A stretch of 64,000 bases of DNA, taken from assembly GCF_009914755.1 (NCBI RefSeq), contig NC_060925.1. One strand, given 5' to 3'. The position numbers were made by a program, and so were the translations under genes. Origin of the DNA: the human T2T-CHM13v2.0 reference genome, Homo sapiens. The number at the start of each line of letters is the position of its first letter. Within the stretch, counting starts at the first letter, position 1. Shown in pieces: positions 1 through 13,430 of the stretch. Under the pieces are notes generated by a model. That model was not told the DNA's origin. It made no database searches and saw nothing but the letters and a program-made list of their open reading frames with translations.

Positions 1-2990
1 TGGTGAGTTCTTATCCATTCTGCAGTTTTGTATCTTTTAGGTAGAGCATTTAAGCCATTTACATTCAATGTTACTATTGAGATGTGAGATACCATTCCAT
101 TCATCGTGCTATTTGTTGACTTTGTACCTTGGTTTTTTGTTTTTTATTTTTGCTTTTTAAATTTTCATTTTTTTTGTTTTATAAGTCCTGTGTGATTTAT
201 GCTTTAAAGAGCTTCTGTTTTGATGTGTTTCCAGGATTAGAGCTCTTTTTAGCAGTTCTTGGTAGTGGTGGCTTGGTAGTGGCGAATTCTCTCAGCATTT
301 GTTTGTCTGGAAAAGACTATATCTTTCCTTCATATATGATGCTTAGTTTCGCTGGATACAAAATTCTTGGCTGATGATTGTTTTGTTTGAGGAGGCTGAA
401 GATAGGGCCCCAATCCCTTCCAGCTTGTAGGGTGTCTGCTGAGAAAACTGCTGTTAATCTGTTAGGTTTTCCTTTATAGGGTACCTGATGCTTTTGTCTC
501 ACAGATGTTAAGATTCTTTTCTTCATCTTAACTTTAGATAACCTGATGACAACGTGCCTAGGTGATGATCTTTTTGCGATGAATTTCCCAGGTGTTCTTT
601 GTGCTTCTTGTATTTGGATGTCTAGATCTCTAGCGAGGCCAGGGAAGTTTTCCTCAATTATTCCCCCAAATATGTTTTCCAAACTTTTAGATTTATTTTC
701 TTCCTCAGGAACATCAATTATTCTTTTTTTTAATCCACAAAAAAATTATAATGTAAGTTAAAGTACAAATGAGGGTTCATTTTTTTTACTCATCATATTG
801 GCAAAAGTTAAGAAATTGCAAGATACAGTCATGCACTGCATAAGGATGTTTTAGTTAACAACAGACTGCAGATAAGATAGCAGTCCCATAAGATTATAAG
901 ACTGTATTTTTACTATACCTTTTCTATGTTAAGATACACAGATACAAACCATTGTGTTACAGTTGCCTACAGTATTCAGTGTAGTACATGCTGTACAGGT
1001 TTATAGCCTGGGAGCAAAAGGTTATATCATATAGCCAAGGTGTGTGTGGTGGGCTATACCCTCCATTTGTATAAGTACACTATGAGGAACATCAATTATT
1101 CTTAGGTTTGGTCATTTAACATAATCCCAGACTTCTTGGAGGCTTTGTTCATATTTTCTTTTTCTTTTTTCTTTGTCTTTGTTGGATTGGGTTAATTCGA
1201 AGACCTGGTCTTCGAGCTCTGAATTTCTTTCTTCTACTTGTTCAATTCTATTGCTGAGACTTTCCAGAGCATTTTGCAGTTCTGTAAGTGTGCCCAATTT
1301 CCCTGATGTTTTGATTGCTTTTTCTTTATGCCATCTATTTCCTTGAATATTTCTCCCTTTCCTTCTTGTATCATTTTTTTGGATTTCCTTGCATTGGGCT
1401 TCGCCTTTCTCTGGTGCCTCCCTGATTAGCTTAATAACTAACATCCTGAATTCTTTTTCATGTAAATCAGGGATTTCTTCTTGGTTTGGAACCATTGCTG
1501 GTGAGCTGGTGTGATTTTCTGGGGGTGTTAAAGAGCCTTGTTTTGTCATAGTACCAGAGTTGGTTTTCTGGTTCCTTCTCATTTGGGTAGGCTCTGTCAG
1601 AGGGAAGGTATAGAGCTGAAGTCTTTTGTTCAGATTCTTTTGTCCCATGGGGTTCTCCCTTGATGTAGTACTCTCCCCCTTTTCCTATGGATGTGGCTTC
1701 CTATGAGCTGAACTGTAGTAATTGTTATCTCTCTTCTTGGTCTAGCCACCCAGCAAGCCTACCTGGTTCTGGGCTGGTGCTGGGGGTTATCTGCACAGAG
1801 TCCTGTGATGTGAACCGTCTATGGCTCCCTCAGTCGTGGATACCAGCACCTGTTCTAGTGGAGGTGGCAGCGGGGGTGAAACAGTTCGTGAGGGTTCTTA
1901 GCTTTGGTGGTTTAATGTTCTGTTTTTGTGCTGCTTGGTCTCCTGCCGGGAGGTGGCACTTTCCAAAGAGCATCAGCTGTGATAGTATGGAGAGGAACTG
2001 GTGGTGGGCAGAGCCCCAGAACTCCCAAGAGTATATTTCTTCATATACCCTACCCACCCTTTGTCTTCAGCTACCAGGTCGGGGCAGGGCTAGGCGTGTC
2101 TGAGCTCAGATTCTTCTTGGGCAGGTCTTGCTGTGGCTGCTGTGGGGAATGGGGGTGAGTTTCCCAGGTCAGTGGAGTTATGTACCTAGGAGGATTATGG
2201 CTGCCTCTGCTGAGTCATGCAGGTTGTCAGGGAAGTGGGGGAAAGCAGGCGGTCACAGACCTCACCTGGTCTCCACACAATCTGAAGGGCTGGTCTTACT
2301 CCCACCATGCCCCTACTAACAGCCTTAAGGCTGTTTCCAGGCAGTGGGCAAGCAGGACTTGAGAACTTGTCCCATGCTACCTGCCTCCCAGCTGCAAAAG
2401 AAAAGAGTTTTGGTTGTTCTTCCGCCTGTGGAGTCTGTACACTGGATTCATGCCCTCCCCTGAGTTCTAGCAGGAGGCACCTCGCCCGATTCAAATTGTT
2501 ACAAAGTTCAGCTGGAGACTTCCTTCTCCTTGGGGCGTTTTCCCCTGTGCCTCTGGCCGCCCTCCCGAAGGATCCCTGTGGTGCCAGGCAGGAATGGCCT
2601 GCTTGGGGACCCTGCGAACTCCCAGAGCCTTTCCTGCTGCTTCCTCTACCCCTGTATTTTGCTCGGCTCTCTAAATTGACTCAGCTCCAGGTAAGGTTGG
2701 AAACTTCTCCTGCAAACCAGACCTTCAGTTTCCCCAGTGGGGGTGTGTTTGGGAGTGGAGGGTCTCCCTTTCCCACTTTCGCAGTTTGGGCACTCACAGT
2801 ATTTGGGGTGTCTCCCAGGTCCTGCAGGAGCAGTCCACTGCCTTCGGAGGGTCTTTGGGTCCTCTCGGGATTCCTGCTTTGTTCTTGCAGTCATTCTGGA
2901 GCTAAAATTTCTCACGTGAGCCTCCACACACTGCTCTGTCCATCTGAGTTGGAGCTACAATCTAGTCCTACTTCCCATCCACCAGGATGA
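1..2990 (-). mobile_element. LINE-1 5' portion (5' UTR + ORF1), L1PB-like, running off the window edge; interrupted at 726-1084
   Basis: ORF1 remnants MRRNQKTNSGTMTKQGSLTPP...EQSLQEVWDYVK and ENFPGLARDLDIQIQEAQRTP. GC-rich 5' UTR at about 1650-2990. Confidence 0.9.
726..1084 (-). mobile_element. L1-mediated retro-insertion containing a truncated Tigger3/MER7 fragment (826-1084)
   Basis: 19-bp TSD AGGAACATCAATTATTCTT at 707-725 and 1085-1103, with a short poly(T). The fragment starts CAGTCATGCACTGCATAAGGATGTTT, like Tigger3a. Confidence 0.8.
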
Positions 2991-3387
2991 TCTTCTCTTT
3001 TATCTGATGATGAGTCTTAATATAACATCCATACTTGATCATTATGCTTAAGTTTGAATATCTGAAGTGACAGAGAACTACTTTCAGAAAGACTCCATTC
3101 ATTTTTGGTGAGCACTGAGTATTAGAACATTAATTCTTTCTATTGAACTAAATGTAATATGTCTCCTCGTAGCTTTAGCTTTTTCTGCGAACTGGTCCTA
3201 GTTCAGTCTTTTCTGGTTAATATGAACAGGGCTGATTTGTCTTCCATATTATAATATTTCCAACATTTAAAAACAGCTGTATTCAACCTAAGTCTATTTT
3301 TTGATTTTCTATTCTTTTCTATTGATCTGTCTATTAGTGGGTCATTACCACAATATTTTAATTATTGAGGCTTTATGATACATTTTC

Positions 3388-5358
3388 TTTTTTCTTTTTT
3401 TTTTTTTTTGACTTTTAAGTTCGGGGTACATGTGCAGGTTTGTCACAAAGGTAAACTTGTGTCATGGAGGTTTGTTGTACAGATTATTTCATCACCTAGG
3501 TATTGAGCCTAGTACCCATTAGCTGTTTTTCTTGATCCTCTCCCTCTGTCCATCCTCCACCATCCGAAAGGCCCCAGTATGTATTGTTCCCCTTTGTGTG
3601 TCCATGTGGTCTCATCATTTAGGTCCCACTTAACAGGGAAAATGTAGTATTTGGTTTTCTCTTCCTGTGTTAGTTTGCTAAGAATAATGGCCTCTAGCTC
3701 CATCCATGTCCCTGCAAATGACATGATCTCGTTCTTTTTTATGGCTGCATAGTATTCCATGGTGTATATGTACTGCATTTTCTTTATCTAGTCTATCATT
3801 GATGGATATTTAGGTTAGTTCCATGTCATTGCTATTGTGTATAGTGCTGCAGTGAACATATGCATGCATGTGTCTTTATCATAGAATGATTTATATTCCT
3901 TCAGGTATATACTTAGTAATGGGATTGCTGGGTCAAATGATATTTCTGTCTTTAGATCTTTGAAGAATCACCACGCTGTCTTCCACCATGGCTGAACTAA
4001 TTTACACTCCCACCACAGTGTATATAAGTGATCCTTTCTCTCCACAACCTTGCCAGCATCTGTTATTTTTTGACTTTATAATAGTTGCCATTCTGACTGG
4101 TGTTAGATGGTAGCTCATTATGGTTTTGAGTTGTATTTCTCTAATGATCAGTGATGTTGAGCTTTTTCTCATATGATTATTGGCCACATTTTTGTCTTTT
4201 CAAAACTGTCTGTTCATGTCCTTTACCCACTTTTTTATGGGGTTGTTTTTTGCTTGTAAATTTGTTTAAGTTCCTCATAGATGTTGGATATTAGACCTTT
4301 GTCGGATACATAGTTTGCAAAAATTTTCTCCCATTCTGTAGGTTGTCTGTTTACTCTATGGATAGTTTCTTTTACTGTCCAGAAGCTCTTTAGTTTAATT
4401 AGATATGCCATTTGTCAATTTTTGCTTCTGTTGCAATTGTTTTTGGCATCTTCATTGTGAAATCTTTTCCCGTTTCTATGTCCAGAATGGTATTGCCAAG
4501 GTTGTCTTCCAGGGTTTTTATAGTTTTGGGTTTTACATTTAAGCCTTTAATCCCATCTTCAGTTAATTTTTGTATATGGCATAAGGAAGGGTTCCAGTTT
4601 CAGTTTTCTCCATATGGCTATCCAGTTATCCCAGCACCATTTATTGAATAGGGAATTCTTTCCCTATTGTTTGTTTTTGTCAGCTTTGTTGAAGATCAGA
4701 TGGTTTGTCGGTGTGAAGTCTTATTTCTGGGTTCTCCATTTTGTTCCATTGGTGTATGTGTCTGTTCTTGTATTATACCATGCTGTTTTGGTTACTGTAG
4801 CCCTGTACTATACTTTGAAGTTGGGTAGTGTGATGCTTTCGGCTTTGTTCTTTTTCTTAGGATTGCCTCACTGTTCAGGCTTCTTCTTGATTCCTTATGA
4901 ATTTTAAAATAGTTTTTTTCTAGTTCTGTGAAGAATGTCAATGGTAGTTTGATAGGAATAGCATTGAATCTATAAATTGCCCTTGCCAGTATGGCCATTT
5001 TAACGATATTGATTCCTCCTTTTATGAGTATGGAATGTTTTTCCATTTGTGTCATCTGTGATTTCTTTGAGCAGTGGTTTGTAGTTCTCCTTTTAGAGAT
5101 CTTTCACCTTCCTAGTTAGCTATATTCCTAAGGTATTTTATTCTTTTTCTGGCAATTGTGAATGGGAGTTCATTTGTGATTTGGCTCTTGGCTTGACTAT
5201 TGTTAATGTATAGGGATGCTAGTGATTTTTGCATGCTGATTTTGTATACTGAGACTTTGCTGAAGTTGTTTATCAGCTTAAGAAGCTTTTGGGCTGAGAC
5301 AATGGGGTTTTCTAGATATAGGATCATGTCATCTGCAAACAGGGATAGTTTGACTTTC
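3388..5358 (-). mobile_element. 5'-truncated L1 (old L1PA, about L1PA13-16), 3' ORF2 + 3' UTR
   Basis: Poly(T) at 3388-3409, ORF2 C-terminal remnants, and a 15-bp TSD TTATGATACATTTTC at 3373-3387 and 5359-5373. Confidence 0.92.
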
Positions 5359-5448
5359 TTATGATACATTTTCATATCTGGTAGGACCAGCCCTCATCAC
5401 TGATCTTTTTCAGGCATTTCATTGCTATTCTTGCTTACTTATTCTTCC

Positions 5449-5585
5449 TTTTATTTATTTATTTATTTTTTAGAGACAGGGTCTTGATGTTGCCTCGGCT
5501 GGTCTCAAACTCCTGGGCTTAAGTGATCCTCCTGCCTCAGCCTCCAGAGTAGCTGGGACTATGGCATGCACCACTGCACCTGGCT
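5449..5585 (-). mobile_element. Alu monomer (FLAM-like)
   Basis: Single Alu arm with a T-rich tail. Confidence 0.8.
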
Positions 5586-5967
5586 ATTTTTCTATATAAC
5601 TTTATAAGCTAGTTCTTAAAAATAAGATTTTTTAAAACTAGCATAATATTAAATTTATATATTAACTTAGAGTAGACATGTTTATGATGCTGAATTGTAT
5701 TATCCAAGAATATGGAATATAGGATGTCTACTTTTATGCCTTTAAATCATATCTTATTTGTTTGCTTATTTTGTACGTTTCTTATTAGGTTTATGCCTGA
5801 ATATTTTATTTTTTGCTATTTTAAATGAGACATTCTTTTCCATTATATCTTCTAACTAGTAACTGTATATATATATACAGTTATATATATATACAGCATA
5901 TTTATATATATTATATATATACAGACTATATATATATAATCAATTTCTGTATTTTAATTTAATTTAA

Positions 5968-6253
5968 TTTTGTTTTATTTTTTGAGATTGGATCATACTC
6001 TGTCACCCAGGCTGGAGTTCAGCGGTCCAGTTATGGTTCACTGCAGCCTTGACTTCCTGTGCTCAAGAAGTCCTCCCACCTCAGCCTCCGGACTATGTGG
6101 GATTATAGGTGCGTGGCACCATGCCTGGCTAATTTTTAATTTCGCAGAGACAGGGTCTTGCTATGTTGCCTAGGCTGGCTTGAATTCCTGGGCTCAAGTG
6201 ATCCTCCTGCCTCAGCCTCCCAAAGTGCTGGGCTTACAGATGTTCACCACCAT
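5968..6253 (-). mobile_element. AluJ-like
   Basis: Diverged Alu dimer. Confidence 0.85.
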
Positions 6254-8269
6254 TCCTATTTTAATTTTATATGCTGTGACTTTACTAAATTCTCTTACTG
6301 TATTTCTCTCTCCTCCTCCTGCTGCTCTTCCTCTTACTGTTTTTAGTAGTTTTTCAGTGGATTCTTTGGGGTTTTCTAGATACTTAATCAAATCACCTAC
6401 AAATAGGGATAGTTTTACCTCTTTCTTTTCAATTCTGATACTTCTAGTTGCTTTTTCTTTTTTAATTATATTGAATAATTCTTCTAATTCAATATTAAAT
6501 AGTAGTGGAGATAACAAGCATCCTTTTCTTGTTTCTGACTTTAGCAGGAATGCCTTTAGTGATTTACCTTTAAGAAATATGCTGGCATTGGAGCTGATTT
6601 ATAATTTAATTTATTTGTTCTTTCTTCAAAAGTCTCAGATATCCACCTTGGGTCATTTGTCTTCTACCTTAACCTGTAGAATTTTCTTTAGTGAAGATAT
6701 CCTGGTGGCAAACTCAGTTTTTGTTTGTCTGAAAATGCCTTTATTTCACCCTCATTCTTACATTTTTTTTTTTTTTTTTGCTGGGTATGCTATTGATTCT
6801 GGGATGGTATTCTTTTCTCTCAGCACATCGTTATTATTTTTACTGTTTTCTGGATTTTGTTGTTATTGAACTGACCATTGAGAATCCAGCTGTCAGTTCC
6901 TTTGAAGTGAATTCATCTCTTCTCTCTATTTTTAAGGTCGTCTTTTTGTCTTTGCTCTGATTAATGTGGAGATGGATTTTCTTTTCTTTTAAATTTTGCT
7001 TGGAATTCTCTTGATTTCCTGAATCTTTAATTTGGTATCTTTTGTTAGATCTGGAAAATTCTCAGTCATCTATTCAAATATTGCCTCTACTGCATTTGCT
7101 CTCTTCTTTCCTTCTAGAACTCTAAATGAATGTGTGTTGGAATCAATCCCCCATGTCTCTTAACCTTCTTTCATATTCTCTCTCTATTTCTCTGCATTGC
7201 ATCCTGAATAATTTTTCTGGCTTACTATCCAGTTCACTAATTTGCCCTCCAATTGAATTTCATCTGCCATTAAACCTTTCTGTTGAGTTTTTAAATTAAA
7301 TTGCTGAAGTCCTATTTGATTCTTTTTCAAGTCTCATCATTTTTGTAATCTTTCTGTCTTTGCTCATATTTTCAATCTCTTATTTCTTTAAATAGGTTAA
7401 GTATAACTTTTGTAGTCTGTTTGATAATTCTAATATATGATGTATCTGTATAAGAATGTTTATTACAGCATAGTATAATAGCAAAATACTAGAAACAATA
7501 TGAATGTTGATCAGTAGGAGATTAGTTAAATACAACATGGTACATTGAAATAATGGAATTCTATGCAGATAAAGTAGATGTTTAAGTAGTTAAATAAATA
7601 TAATCCATGATATATTATTGAGAAAAGCAGATTATAGAATATAAGATATATTATCTCATTTATATTAAAATGTTTATAGATGCAAAAAGCAGTCTAGCAG
7701 AATATTCAGCAAATGATAAAAATTGTTAACTCTGAGAGTTAAGATTCTTAATTCCTCTGTAGTGTTCAAATATTTTATAGCAAGAATGTTATCAAGAAAA
7801 AAAGTATTTTCATTTTGTAAAAATATCCTAATTTTTTAGTCACATTGTGACTATTTTTCTATACTGTACACATATTTCTATAGCATAATTTAACATTGCT
7901 ATAAAGTATTTTGTTATATGGCTTACACCATAATTTATTTGTGCATTTTCCCATTGTGGGCATTGAGCTTATTGCTAGCTTTTGCTTTTATAAATATTGC
8001 TGCTGTAAACACCCAGAGGATGTTTTTAAATCTATATGAGTAGACTCCTTTGAGGTGTTCAATACTGATGACTCCTTCTTTCTTCTCTTTTGGCTTTCCT
8101 CGTGGCCTCTCATACTTCAGAGGCTACTTCTGGCTGCCTTTTCAGGCTCCTCTTTCTTCCCTAGCATTTTATTTTTTTCAGAGGTTTGAAAATCTATTAT
8201 TGTTTTCCTTGAGTATAGGCTTTTGATTTCATCTGATTGTTTTTGTTTTTTTTTTTTGAGGCAGCAATT

Positions 8270-9280
8270 TCCTATTTATTTATTTTAATTGACAAATAAA
8301 AATTGTATATATTTATTGTGTACAACATGATGTTTTGAAGTATGTGTACAATGTGGAGTGGCCAAATTATTTTTCTAAAAATAACAGCTTTATTGAGACA
8401 CAATTCATGTAATATGTACAATTCAGTAATAGTTTGTGGTATATTCACAAAGTTGTACAGTGATAATCACTATTGAATTCCAGAACATTTTAATCATTCC
8501 CAAAAAGAAAATCCATACTGATTAGCAGTCACTCAAATTTCCCCTTTCTTCTCAGGCCCTGGAAACACCACACGGTTTCTGGCTCTATGGATTTGCCTAT
8601 TCTGGACATGTCATGTAAATGGAATTATATAATATGTGGCCTTTTGTGCTTATTTCCCTTAGCATAGTGTTTTCAGAGGTCAGCCACATTGTTGCCTGCA
8701 TCAGAACATCATTCCTTTTTTTTTCCCAATAGGTTTTTGGGGAACAGGTCATAGTTGGTTACATGAGTAAGTTCTTTAGTGATAATTTCTCAGATTTTGG
8801 TGCACCCATTACCCAAGCAGTGTACACTGTACCCAATGTGTAGTCTTTTATCCCTCCTCACCTCCCACCCTTTTCCCCTGAATCCCCAAAGTCCATTGTA
8901 TCATTCTTATGGCTTTGCATCCTCATAGCTTAGCTCCCACTTATGAGTGAGAACGTACAATATTTGGTTTTCCATTCCTGAGTTACTTTACTTAGAATAA
9001 CAGTCTCCAAATGCCATTATTTCATTCCTTTTTATGGCTGAGTGGTATTCCATGGTGTATATATACCACATTTTCTTTATTCACTCATTGATTGATGGGC
9101 ATTTGGGCTGGTTCCATATTTTTGCAATTGTGAATTGTGCTGCTATAAACATGCATGTAAAATTATCTTTTTCATATAATGACTGCTTTTTCTCTGGGTA
9201 GATACCCAGGAGTGGGATTGCTGGATCAAATGGTAGATCTACTTTTAGTTCTTTAAGGAATCACTACACTGTTTTCCATA
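8270..9280 (-). mobile_element. Stacked L1 3' ends (L1MA/L1MB-type, plus an L1PB-type 3' end at about 8716-9280)
   Basis: Typical L1 3' UTR motifs with T-rich tails. Confidence 0.7.
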
Positions 9281-10334
9281 GATCCCTAGCATTTTATGTA
9301 ACTGGGTTACTGTCTAATTCTCTGGCTACTTCACAAGTTTGCCTTTAGGATATAATTTACTTTCTTGGCTTTAATTAAAGGCAGATGACTGTCAGATCTC
9401 TATTTTTAGCCCAAATTCTTCCATCTTAAACTCCAGATCCATATATTCACCTTCTTGCTGGGTATTTTCACTTGGGTATCTCAGTGGTACCTCCAACTCT
9501 CACAGCCTAATCTGAACTCATCTCTCTCTCCAAACCTATTTATCCAGTTTTGTTCATTGTCTCTGTGAATGGCATTGTCATCTCTCTAGTGGTCTAAACT
9601 GTAAACTAAGTGTCATTCAAGATGCACATTTTCTCTAACCATCCCGTGTCCATCCAGTCAATCACTAGGACTTGCCTCTTAAATATCTCTTAAATCCTCC
9701 TTTTCCTTCTCTTCATTCCCACAGCCACTGTTTTGTTCACGCTCCTTTTCTCTTCCTCTGCTTCCCTTTCTTCCTCTTCTTTAAAGCTATTCTCCTGTTG
9801 CTAGAATGATTGTTTTGAAATGCAAAGCAAATCAACCAATTTATTAGAGCCTCATTGCCTTCAGGATAAGAGCCAATCATCTCCCTGGCTTGACAGTCTA
9901 GCCCTTTCTCTCTGATTGCACTCCTATTCATTTGTCTCCCAGTTTTTGTCCTATTGAACTATGCTCTCTCAGATCCAATCATGTGCATGGAACATCCTCT
10001 GCCCAGAGCTTCTTCTTTTCCTTCCCCATCCTTCAAGAAAAAAACTCAAACATTATCTCCTTCAGGAAACCTTCCTAACCAACTCCCTCTTTTACCCAGT
10101 CCACTACCTGGTCTAAATTAGGTGCTCCTACTATGTGAATGTATGCATTCATTGTATTTTCTTGTCCGTGAAATTAATAAGTTTCTTAAGGACAGGGACT
10201 ATTCTTATCAACCTTTGTATCCTTGTCACTAGCACAGTACCCAGCTGCAGGATTAGTGCTCATTAAATATTTTGAACAAATAATTGCTAATATTTATATA
10301 CACCCTTTAATCATAATATTGGTTCATCTCACAG

Positions 10335-10448
10335 GAGGCTGTAAAAGAATTCATTGAGCCTGAAATAGACGAGTCTTTTAAAGAAGATGAAGAAGAAAGT
10401 AAGGAGGATAGGAAACTTCAGGAGGAAAATAAAGAGAGAGCAGAAGAA
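10335..10448 (+). CDS. AXDND1: AXDND1 internal coding exon (EAVKEFIEPEIDESF...KERAEE)
   Basis: acag|GAG ... GAA|gtaaga. 114 nt, phase 0/0, open frame, acidic. Chains in frame with the next exons. Gene name from synteny with NPHS2. Confidence 0.88.
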
Positions 10449-10478
10449 GTAAGATTATTTGGTATTTGTTTTTCCTCC

Positions 10479-10791
10479 TACATACATACATACATACATA
10501 CATATATTTTAGAGACAGGGTCCTGCTCTGTCACCCAGGTTGGAGTGCTGTGGTATCATCATAGCTCACTGTAACCTCGAACTCTGGGGCTCAAATGATC
10601 CTCCTGCCTCAGCCTCTTGAGTAGCTAGGACTACAGGCATGCACCACCATGCCTAGCTAATTTTTAAAATTTTTTTTATAGAGATGGGATCTTGCTATGC
10701 CCAGGCTGGTCTTGAACTGGTCTCAAGCGATCCTCTTACCTCAGCCTCCTAAAGTGCTGGGATTACAGATATGAGCCACCATGCTTGGACC
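10479..10791 (-). mobile_element. AluJ with a (TACA)n-derived tail, 30 nt from the AXDND1 donor
   Basis: Alu dimer consensus motifs. Confidence 0.9.
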
Positions 10792-11289
10792 ATATATATA
10801 TATATATACACAGACATATATAGTGGGGGGAAAATTATAGACACACACAGACAGTGGAGAATAGAAGTAGGTGGTCTGGAGTGAACTCCAGTTTCCTTCT
10901 TTTCCTCATATAGATTTAGCCAAACCTGCAGAAATATTTATCTTTGTCACTTTATTTTCAGAGGAAGGGAATGTTCCTTTTCCCTTCTAAATCCAGCCAT
11001 TTCCCATTAGCCTCATTTATACTTTTATTCCTATTAACTACACAATCTACTTCTCACTCTGGTACTATTTTTTTAGCCCTTCATTGCCACATTTTTTCAG
11101 ATAACACTTTAAAACTCCATATTTCTACTTCTTCAGCTCCCATTCTGAGCTGCCTTTTGCCCTCCTCCCAGGCCCATCACCAGACCTCTCCTCTCTTTAC
11201 CCCGTCTCAACCCCCGCGGGGGCATTTGTAGTAATAAAAACCCTTCCTGGGACATTTGTAATAATAATAATAATACGATGATTACCAAA

Positions 11290-11480
11290 AATTGAGTGCC
11301 TATCATGAGTGATATACTTTGCACATATTATCTCTTATCTATGCAACACAACTTCAAGGTTTATATTATTGCCCCCATTTTACAGATAAGAAAACTGAAG
11401 CTCAGAGAGGTTGACTGATTTACTCAAAATCATATAGCTGTAAGTGGCAGAACCAATATTCAAACCCAGTTAAGTCTGGC
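11290..11480 (-). mobile_element. MIR
   Basis: Core CCCATTTTACAGATAAGAAAACTGAAGCTCAGAGAGGTT. Confidence 0.85.
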
Positions 11481-11774
11481 ACAAGACCCCTTGCTAATTC
11501 TTAGATTGACTACTACTGCCTTTGGCTTCCTAGAACTCATGATTGCCTAACACTCTCTACAATGTCTTGATTTACTTCTTTGATATATTTCTTCTCTGTA
11601 TATAGTTTAAGTGTTGGCATGACTCCAGGCTCTGAAATAGGTCTTCTACTCACTGCACAGGCAGGACAACAGAACAAAAATATTATATAACACCCAAGCC
11701 TATTTCAATCAGCATTTTCTGTTTTATTTCTGGTAAAGTGCTTGGTATGTAGAAGGCACAGAATAAATGGAAAT

Positions 11775-12820
11775 TGTCAGAGGTGTCTTAACCAGAGTGA
11801 CTCCATCTTGAATAAAGTCCAGATAAAGCAAAACCTACTGGGTTACTTTCCCAGGAAATTGGACACTCTTAGTCACAAGATGTTTATGGTTGAGGAAACG
11901 AGTTAATGGAAAAAGGCATTCTCAGTTTAAAAATGGGTTTCACTTTAAAGATAATGGTACTGTTACAGGAAAGGTGTCATGATTCAGAGCCCAGGAGAGG
12001 ATTCTTGGATCTTGCACAAGAAAGAATTCAGAGCGAGTTTGCAGTCCAAAGTGAAAGCAAGTTTATTAAGAAAGTAAAAGAATAAAAGAACAGCTACTCC
12101 ATAGACAGAGTAGCCTTAAGGGCTGCTGGTTGCCCATTTTCTTGATGATATGCTGAACAAGGGGTGGATTATTCATGCCTCCCCTTTTTAGACCATATAG
12201 GGTAACTTCCTGACATTGCCATGGCATTTGTAAACTGTCATGGCGCTGATGGGAGTATAGCAGTGAGGACAACCAGAGGTCACTCTTGTGGCCATTGTGG
12301 TTTTGGTGGGTTTTGACCGGCTTCTTTACTGCAACCTGTTTTATCAGCAAGGTCTTTATGACCTGTATTTTGTGCTGACCTTTTGTCTCATCCTATGACT
12401 TAGAATGCCTTAACCATCTGGGGAGGCAGCCCAGTGGGTTTTAGCCTCATTGTACCCAGCTACTCTTTAAGATGGAGTTTTTCTGGTTCATACGTCTCTG
12501 ACAGTATACTCATAAATTATTGCTGAAGTCAACAGTTACACTAGAGAATAATAATACTAATAGCCTGTCACAAGCTGATCACCAGCCTTTATAATAAAGT
12601 ACACTATTCTTAGTGTTAATATCCTATATAAGCAAGCATTATGTTTATGTTAAGGGCATTTCTCCTCTTGCTTTCTGAGGATACCCAACTCTGTAATAGA
12701 GTAATTTCTAGTAAACTGCTTTTACTTTACTATACTCTGAGACTCACCCTGAATTTTATCCTGTGTGAGATCGAAGAACCTGCTCTTGGGGTCTGGGATA
12801 AGACCCCTTTTCTGGTAACA
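11775..12820 (+). mobile_element. MER41-family ERV1 solo LTR (outer, host)
   Basis: Starts TGTCAGAGG...ACCAGAGTGACTCCATCTTGAATA and ends ...GGTAACA. 4-bp TSD aaat/aaac. Confidence 0.8.
11961..12503 (-). mobile_element. MER41A-like solo LTR nested in inverted orientation
   Basis: TG...CA termini, 4-bp TSD gtac/gtat, MER41 body sequence. Confidence 0.85.
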
Positions 12821-13325
12821 AAACCATTACTACTGCTACTACTGCTATTACTACTACCACCTGTAGACTTAGTTGAGCCCCTGTCCTCTCTATTTTACAA
12901 GCACCTGTTCGGCCTTTAAATATCACTTTCTCTGTTAATAATTCCTGAAGTACCTAGGAAGAAGGCATGACCCTTTTCTGGGTGTGCACAGCCCTTGGAG
13001 CACACTTTTATGCTAACAGTAATCATGTTATACCATAATTATTCATTTTATTATCTATCTCTCCTATAGTACTGTCAGTTCCTGGAAGCTGGAAGAAATC
13101 CTCTTTGTTTTTCCCATAGTTATATCCCCTTGTCCACACTCCCCATCCTACCAGTTTTTCACAGCGTTTGCTATGTGAAAGTCTTCAAAAATTCTTGTTG
13201 TGTGATTAAAGGAAATGGAAAACGTAAGCTTCCAACATGGTGCCAGGAAACTTGCTACCGTGCCAGGAAACTTGCTGGGGTGCTACACCAGCTTGCTAAC
13301 AGGTCCGCATGTTTCTGTGTTCTAG

Positions 13326-13430
13326 CAACCTTCAACATCTACAGAGAAGGAAAAACTCATTCGATTCATTGGAGAAGATGAAAATGTTCATTCCAAACCT
13401 CTATTTGAAACAGATGTGTTGTCTTCCTGG
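13326..13430 (+). CDS. AXDND1: AXDND1 internal coding exon (QPSTSTEKEKLIRFIGEDENVHSKPLFETDVLSSW)
   Basis: ttctag|CAA ... TGG|gtatgt. 105 nt, phase 0/0. Confidence 0.9.

Larger units (their letters stand above)
5374..7440 (-). mobile_element. Old L1M fragments, interrupted by Alu elements
   Basis: ORF2-like LSPLLFNIELE...KEVKLSLFVGDLIKYLENPKES at 6212-6517. Confidence 0.7.

Noticed and set aside
1687-2990. 138-aa and 227-aa ORFs in GC-rich sequence
   Set aside because: They lie within the L1 5' UTR.
6180-6869. 229-aa hydrophobic ORF
   Set aside because: Antisense read-through of Alu plus old L1, and the T-richness explains the hydrophobicity.
13240-13276. 17-bp direct repeat GTGCCAGGAAACTTGCT x2 near an AXDND1 acceptor
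   Set aside because: Only two copies with a 3-nt gap. It is a simple local duplication, not an array.
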